A stretch of 24,568 bases of DNA from Promethearchaeota archaeon (GTDB lineage Archaea > Asgardarchaeota > Lokiarchaeia > Sigyniarchaeales > SOKP01). Position 1 is the first letter of the stretch, and each line of letters begins with the position of its first letter. The notes below the pieces were generated by a model. It made no database searches and was not told the DNA's origin. It was given only the letters and a program-made list of their open reading frames with translations. The position numbers and the translations under genes were made by a program. Positions 1 through 7,567 of the stretch are shown here, one piece after another. Location: the NCBI GenBank assembly GCA_018238625.1, contig JABCSY010000058.1, positions 1 to 24,568 on the forward strand, given 5' to 3'.

Positions 1-189
1 CTCTGTAGCTGCTTTTGACATTACGGAAACTACATCCGCTCCTAAACGCATTAATACTCTACAAATAATTGGAGCGTTAATAACCGCAACCGAGCCAGTT
101 AAACACATACATATAGTTTTTCCTCTTAAGATCGTTCCCTTGCTTTCTATAATGTCCTTGGATGGGTGCTGTAATCTGTCTTTTACCAT
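1..189 (-). CDS. coaBC: Bifunctional phosphopantothenoylcysteine decarboxylase/synthetase CoaBC, N-terminal part (runs off the window edge)
   Basis: Manual translation from ATG at 189: MVKDRLQHPSKDIIESKGTILRGKTICMCLTGSVAVINAPIICRVLMRLGADVVSVMSKAATE. The HPSKDI start, the LTGSVA flavoprotein motif and LMRLGADV..VMSKAA are typical of archaeal CoaBC. Not in the ORF track. Confidence 0.9.
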   Translation of the reverse strand, partial: MVKDRLQHPSKDIIESKGTILRGKTICMCLTGSVAVINAPIICRVLMRLGADVVSVMSKAATE

Positions 190-456
190 TTTTCAACGAT
201 TATTTTAATTAATATACTTAATAAAGTTATATTTTCAATTTAAAAATATTGCAATCCTTTAACTCTTTTTGGATATTGGAAGATAAATTTTTAATTTAAG
301 TCGTTTAGTTAAAGAGACTTAAGGAATATCTATACATTTTATATTAATTAACTATCCAAAATTTATGAATATCTAAAAATTTCAATAATAATGATGGAAA
401 TTAAATACATTCTTTATTATTAATATATAAGATTTTATCGAGATAGGCTGAACGGA

Positions 457-1647
457 ATGGAAAAAATTTGTGATCTCCATATTCACAGTAAATATTCAGG
501 CGGAACTAGCACCCAAATAAATATTAATAAGATCGCACATAACAGTAATATAAAAGGAATAGAGATTATTGGTACAGGAGATTGTTTCCATCCTTTATGG
601 TTAAAAGAATTACAAGAAAATTTATGCGAATACTCAAATGGTATTTTTTTTTTACCAAAAACTCCTCGAGTAAAATTTATTTTGCAATCAGAAGTAGAAT
701 TGATGTGGACGCAAAATTCTCAGATAAAAAAGGTTCACTTCATTGTATTAGTTCCAAATTTTGATAAATTAAAAGAGATCTATGAATTTATAATTAATTT
801 TGGCAACTTAAAAATTGATGGTAGACCTGTACTAAATATTTCAGCAGAAAAATTTATTTTAAAAATGAATAATATTGACGATATGATTGAGGTTATTCCT
901 GCCCATATTTTCACACCATTTTATGGCATTTTAGGAAGCAAATTACATTTCAATTCTTTAAAAGAAGCGATAGGTCAAGGGATAAATTATATACACGCAA
1001 TTGAAACAGGATTGAGTGCCGATCCTAGTATGATTAGACAATTATCAGAATTAAATAATCTTTCGATAATTTCAAATTCAGATAGTCATTCACTCAACTT
1101 TCATAGACTTGGAAGAGAAGCAACTGCATTAGAATTAAATAATATTGATTATCATAATGTTATTGAATCAATCCGGAAGAAAAAGATCACAAAAACATAC
1201 GAGTTTAATCCATCTGAGGGGAAATATTATTACGATGGGCATCGCTCCGATCGTCATTCTTCTGGCAAAGATTATTTTTGCAGTCCAAAACGGAATTTAA
1301 TTAATTGTCCGGTCTGTGGAAAAATGCTCACGAAAGGTGTTTTATCAAGAGTTTATGAATTAAAAGATCAAGAAATTCCAGTAATTGAAAATTTTCAATA
1401 TATAATTCCCTTGTTACATTTGATTGCGATAGTTTATGGTGGGTCTGAATATAGCAAATACAATGTGTCTTTATATAGAGATGTTGTTAACACCTACGAT
1501 GGAGAATTTAACATTTGGAATAAAGAATCTGTTTTTGAAGAAGTTCCTTTTGAATTAAGTAATGCCATTGAAAAGGTTAAATCTGGAAAGTATTGGTTTA
1601 TTCCAGGTCACGATGGGGTTTATGGTGAATTACAATTTGAAGCGTAG
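457..1647 (+). CDS. PHP-domain protein, endonuclease Q (EndoQ)/TIGR00375-like family
   Basis: Motifs DLHIHSKYS, GTGD, PAHIFTP, ETGLSAD, SNSDSHS, GKYYYDGHR, the Zn-finger-like CPVCG...KGV and a C-terminal PGHDGVYG match the EndoQ-family pattern. Confidence 0.8.
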   Translation: MEKICDLHIHSKYSGGTSTQININKIAHNSNIKGIEIIGTGDCFHPLWLKELQENLCEYSNGIFFLPKTPRVKFILQSEVELMWTQNSQIKKVHFIVLVPNFDKLKEIYEFIINFGNLKIDGRPVLNISAEKFILKMNNIDDMIEVIPAHIFTPFYGILGSKLHFNSLKEAIGQGINYIHAIETGLSADPSMIRQLSELNNLSIISNSDSHSLNFHRLGREATALELNNIDYHNVIESIRKKKITKTYEFNPSEGKYYYDGHRSDRHSSGKDYFCSPKRNLINCPVCGKMLTKGVLSRVYELKDQEIPVIENFQYIIPLLHLIAIVYGGSEYSKYNVSLYRDVVNTYDGEFNIWNKESVFEEVPFELSNAIEKVKSGKYWFIPGHDGVYGELQFEA

Positions 1648-1672
1648 CAAAAATAACTAATTTACGCTTCAA
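1637..1672. terminator. 10-bp inverted repeat overlapping the EndoQ-like stop codon; possible terminator between convergent units
   Basis: TTGAAGCGTA (1637-1646) and TACGCTTCAA (1663-1672) with a 16-nt loop, followed by AT-rich sequence. Confidence 0.4.
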
Positions 1673-1706
1673 TTATATTAAATTAAAATATTTTTTAAAT
1701 TACCCA

Positions 1707-1752
1707 TTTTAAAAAAGAAAGGAAAATAAGTGATGTTCTTACAACAAACATC
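1707..1752 (-). terminator. Hairpin plus pyrimidine tract downstream of micropeptide copy 1
   Basis: GATGTT-N9-AACATC (1732-1752), followed on the minus strand by ACTTATTTTCCTTTCTTTTTT. Confidence 0.5.
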
Positions 1753-1755
1753 TAA

Positions 1756-1785
1756 TTATGGTCCTGTACCGTCCTGACCAGGCAT
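1756..1785 (-). CDS. Putative 9-aa micropeptide MPGQDGTGP (copy 1)
   Basis: ATG CCT GGT CAG GAC GGT ACA GGA CCA TAA. SD-like GTGAG lies 4 nt upstream (1790-1794) and TTAAATA at 1815-1821. Frame, start and stop are conserved in copy 2. Confidence 0.6.
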   Translation of the reverse strand: MPGQDGTGP

Positions 1786-1925
1786 TTTTCTCACTTTGTT
1801 TGTTATGTGAATTGTATTTAACTAATTTTTTTTTTATTTAAAAACGAAATAAAACTATATAGAATACATTTTGTTAAATTGTAAGCTCTATTTAATTATA
1901 TTAGAATATTTTATTAAACGACTCT

Positions 1926-1972
1926 TTTTAAAAAAGAAAGGAAAATAGGTGATGCTCTTATAAAAAGCATCA
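1926..1972 (-). terminator. Hairpin plus pyrimidine tract downstream of micropeptide copy 2
   Basis: TGATGCT-N9-AGCATCA (1950-1972), followed on the minus strand by CCTATTTTCCTTTCTTTTTT. Shows a compensatory base change relative to copy 1. Confidence 0.5.
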
Positions 1973-1974
1973 AT

Positions 1975-2004
1975 TTATGGTCCTATACCTTCTTGACCAG
2001 GCAT
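1975..2004 (-). CDS. Putative 9-aa micropeptide MPGQEGIGP (copy 2)
   Basis: ATG CCT GGT CAA GAA GGT ATA GGA CCA TAA. GTGAG lies 5 nt upstream (2010-2014) and TTAAATA at 2035-2041. Confidence 0.6.
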   Translation of the reverse strand: MPGQEGIGP

Positions 2005-2322
2005 TATATCTCACTTAATTTGTTAATTGAAATGTATTTAACTTCTTATTCTTTTTAATTTGGAGCCAAATGGATGATTAATGTTTTTTTTTTCAAGCCT
2101 ATTTATTAGTTTGACTAAATTTATTTAAACTCCTAAAAAAGTGAAAAGTGATTAGGATAAAATAACCAACTCATGCTTTTAGGGATTTTTAAATATAATT
2201 TTTTATCAATGTAGGTCAAAATAATTTTAAATTCTTTACATCATCAAGTTTGGTGCTAAACGCTCTGGTGAAAAATGAAAGAAACTTTAAGAAGTATTCT
2301 TTGATGTAAATACAACGAAGTG

Positions 2323-3525
2323 TTATATTAAATCTGAAGGTAAAATTGGATTAACGAGAAGATATCGAAGATCTTTAACTGAAGGAGGTTCTCCGTACTT
2401 GTGCTTAATGAGATTGCTTCCAAGGTTATACAAAAAAGCGTTTTTTGAATAAATTGGGTTAGAGATTTTTTTAAGTTGATTTTTTATGTTTTCTTTACTA
2501 ACAATTTCAAAATTTGTTCCATATCGTATTAATTCCTCGTCTTTATATTTATCAATAAGCGCATGATATGCAAAATTATACCAAAAAAGCGTTAATTTCC
2601 CTCTTACTTTGTTTTGTGCCATCATTATTTCGAGAGAATCTTCGTTTGATGAATCTGGACACAATTCTCGTAAACTAATTTCTACTGCTTCCCGATTTGA
2701 AAAGAGCACTTTTACTGCTAAATCTGCGATCCCTTCTGAAATTATTAATTTAGGGCTATGTAACAGTAGTAATGAGTGTTCAAATTGATTTAATTCGTGA
2801 TATAACACTCTTTCTTTGATAGTAAATTCTGTATGATGTCCAGGATAGGCTTCATGTGCGGCAGCAAACAAAAATGCGGTCCAATACATGTTATAATTCG
2901 GATTAACCTCAATTCGGGAGCGAGAATTACCCATATACCAATTATAATAAGCCCATTTTACGTTATCGTTATTTTTAATTAATTCTAAAACAATTCGTTC
3001 TTTTTGAGGTAAGAAGTTGACAAATAACTCTTTAGTTCGCTCTCTCGTGATGCTAAGAGCTTTTTTAAATAATTCAAATACCTTACTCTCAGGAACAGTT
3101 CGTCGTACTCTTAAATCGTTCATTCGCTTTTCTAAACTTCCAAGACCACCATACGCTGCGTTAAACTCTTCTTTTAAGTTGTCCAACTCAGTTTCGTTAA
3201 CGGGCTGTAAGGCTACATCAAATAACCTTAAAAATTGTTCCTTAATAGAAATCTCGATACCATCTAGGATTTCGATCGAAGTCCTCATCGCTGTTAACAT
3301 TTTTTCTAAGTATCGCTCGCGTTTTTTATCGTATCCTTGTTTAAACAAATCTTCTTGTAGAGCTTTACAATCGGCTAACAGTTTGTTTGGTGATGTTATA
3401 GCCTCATTGTCAACAATTTTGCGTATTTTTTTAGGACCAATATAGAAATCAACATATCCCTTATTGTGTTTGTCTATGCGAAGCGGTAAATGTAGAAATT
3501 TTCTCCCATATTCAGATAATTTCAT
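2323..3525 (-). CDS. DUF885-like putative zinc metallopeptidase
   Basis: AHEAYPGHH (the HExxPGHH motif of DUF885) plus a downstream SEGIA glutamate. ATG at 3525 (MKLSEYG...) is preferred over the track's TTG at 3558. Confidence 0.7.
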   Translation of the reverse strand: MKLSEYGRKFLHLPLRIDKHNKGYVDFYIGPKKIRKIVDNEAITSPNKLLADCKALQEDLFKQGYDKKRERYLEKMLTAMRTSIEILDGIEISIKEQFLRLFDVALQPVNETELDNLKEEFNAAYGGLGSLEKRMNDLRVRRTVPESKVFELFKKALSITRERTKELFVNFLPQKERIVLELIKNNDNVKWAYYNWYMGNSRSRIEVNPNYNMYWTAFLFAAAHEAYPGHHTEFTIKERVLYHELNQFEHSLLLLHSPKLIISEGIADLAVKVLFSNREAVEISLRELCPDSSNEDSLEIMMAQNKVRGKLTLFWYNFAYHALIDKYKDEELIRYGTNFEIVSKENIKNQLKKISNPIYSKNAFLYNLGSNLIKHKYGEPPSVKDLRYLLVNPILPSDLI

Positions 3526-3774
3526 AATCAAATACAACAATTTTTGTCTTTGTAACAATATACTAGGTATTTTAATTACTAATAAATTTTTAAGTTTATA
3601 AATAAAAATCTTATCTACTTACTTTTTTGAATTTCTCTTGATTAGCTTTAAAAGTTAATCATGATTTTCTCCAAGACTTAATTGTGAAACATCTATTTTA
3701 TTTTTAATCATATAGGTTGTTTTTTCAAGGGCAATAACAAGAGAAATCATTCCAAAATTAGTAGAAAAATTGTT

Positions 3775-3790
3775 CTCCAATTAATTGGAG
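3775..3790. promoter_or_regulatory. Perfect 16-bp palindrome in a divergent intergenic region
   Basis: CTCCAATTAATTGGAG is its own reverse complement. It lies between the divergent DUF885-like and SmAP3 genes. Confidence 0.35.
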
Positions 3791-3881
3791 TAAAATTGAA
3801 ATGTAATATTTAAATTAAAAATAAAAGGAAAAGACTATAATATTAATAATAATAATAAAAATTTATTGAAGGTGTTGATTT

Positions 3882-4301
3882 ATCAGTCTAAGACAATACA
3901 ATACGGAATTAGGATTGCTCATAGATAAGATTGTTAAAGTATATCTAGAGAAAGACAAATTCTTTGTTGGAAAATTAAAAGGTGTTTCGGAAGATTCGAA
4001 CTTGGTTTTAAATCACGTGAAAAACGAAAAAGGTAAAACATTCCCAAAAATGTTGATAAGAAGTAGTTACTATCATTTTGTAACGGTAGAAGAAGAGCCG
4101 TTCCCAATGCAAGCTTTGGCAGATAGAATTGCTACGATTTTTTCAAAAGGACATGTGAACTATATTGAAGATCAAAATATTATATCAATTTTGAATGGGA
4201 AAATTATAGTAGATGAGAACGGAGTGAGAGGAACTGGTCCTTCTGCTGAACGCGTAAAGAAGATATACGATCAATTTAGTATTGATTTAGAAAAGGACTA
4301 A
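3882..4301 (+). CDS. SmAP3-type Sm/Lsm RNA-binding protein (Sm domain plus Lsm_C domain)
   Basis: Sm1 motif VKVYLEKDKFFVGKLKGV...NLVL, Sm2-like MLIRSS, and a C-terminal VDENGVRGTGPSAERVKKIYDQF as in SmAP3. Start is uncertain: TTG 3915 (track) or ATC 3882 behind GAAGGTG. Confidence 0.85.
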   Translation: MSLRQYNTELGLLIDKIVKVYLEKDKFFVGKLKGVSEDSNLVLNHVKNEKGKTFPKMLIRSSYYHFVTVEEEPFPMQALADRIATIFSKGHVNYIEDQNIISILNGKIIVDENGVRGTGPSAERVKKIYDQFSIDLEKD

Positions 4302-4328
4302 TTAATATTCTTATTTTTTTACATTTTT

Positions 4329-4850
4329 TTAAGTAGATTCTTTTCCTTTAAACGCATTTAACAAGTTTTTTAGGTTTATGTCTTGAATGAGATTTTTCAA
4401 GATTGCTTTTCCTAAAGGAGTAATTTTTATGATATCAAGATCTTCTATTTTTCTTAAATAATCGTTTTCAATTAGGAATTCAACATCAGTTGCCCAGACT
4501 TCTTTGAAAATTTCTTTTAGGTCGCTAATCTTTATGTTTTCGTCTACCTCCTTGCCAAGAGCAAGTATCAACGCCAAAGTACCGTATTGAGAAGGCGTAA
4601 TGTTGTCGTCTTTACCCTCAGAGGTTAAAACATAGAACTTTTGATCTAAAAAATTAGATTTTATGAATTCAAAACCAATTTTCTTTAAATTTAAATAAAC
4701 TGAGCTTATGATTTGTTCAAAATCGAAATTTTTACTTAAATTCTGGAGGTCCTCTTCTCGAATCATTTTTTGAGGGCTCGTTAAAATAATTTTAGTAATG
4801 TTTTTTACCGCTTCTTCAAAATTTGTATTATCCATATTTTTTCTTATCAA
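4329..4850 (-). CDS. Tandem winged-helix protein, KITE-like (Nse1/Nse3-MAGE/ScpB type)
   Basis: WH-A: FEQIISSVYLNLKKIGFEFIK...KFYVLTS. WH-B: YGTLALILAL...VEFLIENDYLRK...IKITPLGKAIL. Directly downstream of the SMC-like gene (4-nt overlap if the TTG start is used; alternative ATG at 4835). Confidence 0.6.
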   Translation of the reverse strand: MIRKNMDNTNFEEAVKNITKIILTSPQKMIREEDLQNLSKNFDFEQIISSVYLNLKKIGFEFIKSNFLDQKFYVLTSEGKDDNITPSQYGTLALILALGKEVDENIKISDLKEIFKEVWATDVEFLIENDYLRKIEDLDIIKITPLGKAILKNLIQDINLKNLLNAFKGKEST

Positions 4851-6496
4851 CTCTCTTCAACTTTTAAAACTTTTAAATTCTCAATTTCTTTTTTTAATTC
4901 TAAATTTGACATAAGAAAGATTAGTTTAAAATTAGATAGATTATCATTTGTTTCGAATATTGGTAAAATCTTTCTAATAGTTCTGTAAATGGAACCACCT
5001 TTATTATAAATATTAGGGATGAATAAATTTGAAAACAATATATTTTCAGATTTTAAAAGGATTTTAATAGAGAGGAAAAAAACAACTATGAAATAAATTT
5101 TTTCGGGAGTTGTTAATCCTTCAAAATTGACTTTCTCTTTGTAATTTCGTATAAAATTAGTTTGGATAAGAAAAGCCATATTATCGTTGCTAATTACTAG
5201 CTGATAAAGAATTTCTAGATGAATTTCTTTTAAGAAGCTATTCAATACAATTTCAAGATCGTGAATAATAGTCTCAAATTTCTTAAAACTTTCAAAACTT
5301 TTTGCAACCTCTTTTTCATTGGTAGAAATATTGATTTTATCGTGACCAATTTTCAAAACATTATCAAATTCTCTCAATTTTTCAATTATTCGAGTTAAGT
5401 CGCTCAAATTATGAATGTTAAATGAATCTTCAGGGATGGAGATTTTATCTAAGTCTGAGATCGTTTTTTCAATCTCATCTTCAATTTCTACGGAGTTTCG
5501 TACTAATTTTAACACTAAACTTTCAGGTTCTACGTCTGGAACTGTTTTATTATCGTTTCTTTTTTTTTCGTAGTTAGATTTTACTTCCTTTATTCTTATT
5601 TCATCTTTTTTTATTGTTTCTAAGAGGTTCTCATAATCATTTTTGTATAACTCATAATGAGGAGTAAGGTTTTCTAGTTTTACTTTAGTTTCATTTGTGC
5701 TTGATTGAATTTGTTTAATTTCGTATTGAGCTTCTTTCGCTTTTTTTTGAAGAGCTCGTATCTTTTCGGCGTTAGTAAGATTTACTTTAATTCCTAATTT
5801 TGCAATTGAGTCGTTATTATCTTCATTTAAAGAACCCTCGATTTGTCGCGTAATTCTATTAATTTGACTGAAACATTCTTTTTTAGTTTCGTTTTGAAAT
5901 CGAATCTGCTGAGCGTGATTTCTTAATTCTTTTTTTATTTGATCAACCTGATTTTTTTGTTGAAAATAATCCTCTTCTAAATAATTCAATTCTTTCTTGT
6001 TTTTAATTATAGCCTCATTTAATTTTTTAATTAAGTCTATAATTGATGCTAGATCGCTTGATTTTTTGTAAAGTTTTGACAATTCTAATTCTTCAGATAA
6101 CTGATTCTTTTTTTCCGTTAGGAAGATATATCTGAAAATCTTCAATAATGTTTCAGTAAGCGAGTTAAAATCAGAAAAAGCTTCTAAATTATATTCCATG
6201 ATTTTGCTATAGTTAGATAAATAATCCAAGATATTTAGAGATTTATCTAGACTAGATAAATTAGCGTTTTGGTTTTGAAAAAGTTTAATAAATTTTTTAA
6301 CAGGGATTAGCTCTAAATTGTCAATAATTTCTAAGAAATCTTTATTGTGATATAGATTTAGAACGCCTTTTTTGAATTTACCGAGAATTAACGTAAATCT
6401 ATCTTCTACTAATATTTCTTTCGTTCCAACAGTAAGCTTAAAATTATTTAGACTAATATGTAAATTCACTCCTGATTCTTTTTTAACCAGATTCAA
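4847..6496 (-). CDS. Short SMC/Rad50-like coiled-coil protein with degenerate ABC-ATPase motifs
   Basis: N-terminal ISLNNFK...FTLILGKFKKG resembles the SMC N-head. A long central coiled coil follows. C-terminal FEGLTTPEKIYFIVVFFLSI...NILFSNLF...FKLIFLMSN occupies the signature, Walker B and H-loop positions. Confidence 0.6.
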   Translation of the reverse strand: MNLVKKESGVNLHISLNNFKLTVGTKEILVEDRFTLILGKFKKGVLNLYHNKDFLEIIDNLELIPVKKFIKLFQNQNANLSSLDKSLNILDYLSNYSKIMEYNLEAFSDFNSLTETLLKIFRYIFLTEKKNQLSEELELSKLYKKSSDLASIIDLIKKLNEAIIKNKKELNYLEEDYFQQKNQVDQIKKELRNHAQQIRFQNETKKECFSQINRITRQIEGSLNEDNNDSIAKLGIKVNLTNAEKIRALQKKAKEAQYEIKQIQSSTNETKVKLENLTPHYELYKNDYENLLETIKKDEIRIKEVKSNYEKKRNDNKTVPDVEPESLVLKLVRNSVEIEDEIEKTISDLDKISIPEDSFNIHNLSDLTRIIEKLREFDNVLKIGHDKINISTNEKEVAKSFESFKKFETIIHDLEIVLNSFLKEIHLEILYQLVISNDNMAFLIQTNFIRNYKEKVNFEGLTTPEKIYFIVVFFLSIKILLKSENILFSNLFIPNIYNKGGSIYRTIRKILPIFETNDNLSNFKLIFLMSNLELKKEIENLKVLKVEES

Positions 6497-7520
6497 AATG
6501 ATTTTTGAATTTTTTGTATTCTTTTTCTTTTTTTTTCTTTCTTTCTCTAATTAATTCGATAGGGTCTCTATCATCATCTTTTTGATTTAAATAGTTTTCT
6601 TTAAAATTTTTATCAAATTGCAATTTAAACTTTTCAATTTTCTCTGAAACTTCGTCTGAAAGTTCCATTTTCTTTTGATTTCCATCTACGATAACATCAG
6701 TTAATTTTTCACGCTTTTCTTTTCGCATTCTTCTTTCAAATTCTTTAGGTGAGAATTTCAAATAGTTTTTATAGGTTTCTGTTTGTTCTTCTTGATTTTT
6801 TTTTAATTCTTCGATTTCACTTTTTTCTTTTCTTTTATTTACAAATTCTTTTCTATCTAATAATTCTTGTTTAGTTAGCTTATTCTCAACAGTTTGTAAG
6901 AATTCTTCGTAAGTTAACTCAGGATTTAAATAAAATTGCTTTTCAAATTCCTTAATAAAAGAAGAGTCTATACCGTCAGGAATTCGACTTAATTCGTCTT
7001 TTAATCTTTTATCTATTAACTTATTATTGTATTTCCTTAATTGTTCGACAGATGTTAAAAAGAGAGAGTTTCGGTTTAGAGCATCTATTAATTCTAGCCA
7101 TTGATTTATTCCAATGGAAGAAATATATGATGTTTGACTAATAATTTTACTAATTTTTCTATTTTCAATTAAATCCAAACCAATAATTTTGGTATTAATT
7201 TCATTTAAACTAATTAGTTTTAGATGATCTTTAAAGTCATTTTTGTATTTATTAAGAAGTTTGTTTTGTAAGTCTAGAAATCTATTTATGTTATTGTTTG
7301 AGATGTTTTCTAAATTTTTATAGATAGTACTTAGAACTTTGGTTAGTTCATTTAATTGATTACTAAATGATTCATCGTCGAAATATTGGGAAGTTAATCG
7401 TTTTTCTGCTTCTAATTTTTCAGCGATATTAGTTATTTGATTAACTTTTCCTTGAAGATTTTCTATAGGAGATGTAAATTCTCTAATTTTTTCGAGGTTA
7501 AATAATTGATTTTCCATCAT
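6483..7520 (-). CDS. Hypothetical charged, helical/coiled-coil protein
   Basis: 345-aa ORF with a K/E-rich C-terminal half. Overlaps the start of the SMC-like gene by 14 nt. No family recognised. Confidence 0.75.
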   Translation of the reverse strand: MMENQLFNLEKIREFTSPIENLQGKVNQITNIAEKLEAEKRLTSQYFDDESFSNQLNELTKVLSTIYKNLENISNNNINRFLDLQNKLLNKYKNDFKDHLKLISLNEINTKIIGLDLIENRKISKIISQTSYISSIGINQWLELIDALNRNSLFLTSVEQLRKYNNKLIDKRLKDELSRIPDGIDSSFIKEFEKQFYLNPELTYEEFLQTVENKLTKQELLDRKEFVNKRKEKSEIEELKKNQEEQTETYKNYLKFSPKEFERRMRKEKREKLTDVIVDGNQKKMELSDEVSEKIEKFKLQFDKNFKENYLNQKDDDRDPIELIRERKKKKEKEYKKFKNHFESG

Positions 7521-7567
7521 TTTTAGCTAAAAATTATATTTTGAAATTAAAATCTTCTAATGTGTTA

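Larger units (their letters stand above)
1707..2131. repeat. Diverged tandem duplication, two units with ~219-bp period
   Basis: TTTTAAAAAAGAAAGGAAAATA is identical at 1707-1728 and 1926-1947. Further aligned blocks: GTGATGYTCTTA, TTATGGTCCTRTACC, TGACCAGGCATT, TCTCACTT, TGTATTTAACT. Weaker similarity at ~1883-1920 versus ~2095-2131. Confidence 0.9.

Noticed and set aside
582-764. 60-aa ORF nested in the EndoQ-like gene
   Set aside because: Alternative frame inside a well-supported gene; no motif.
1756-2004. Nonapeptides as attenuator/leader peptides (Pro-stop ending)
   Set aside because: No co-oriented gene lies downstream to be regulated; the next gene is the convergent EndoQ-like gene.
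1707-2131. Possible CRISPR array or MITE pair
   Set aside because: Only two long diverged units with no repeat-spacer periodicity, no cas genes, and no terminal inverted repeats or target-site duplications.
3017-3445. 142-aa plus-strand ORF, and similar antisense ORFs at 6372, 8574, 10946, 17568, 18287, 18512, 20146 and 20353
   Set aside because: Shadow ORFs opposite longer genes with recognisable features. Several have the S/F/L-rich composition expected from reading E/K-rich genes backwards.
3600-3780. Short minus-strand reading frames in the peptidase-SmAP3 gap
   Set aside because: Under 30 codons, with no recognisable motif or supporting duplication. Cannot be told from chance.
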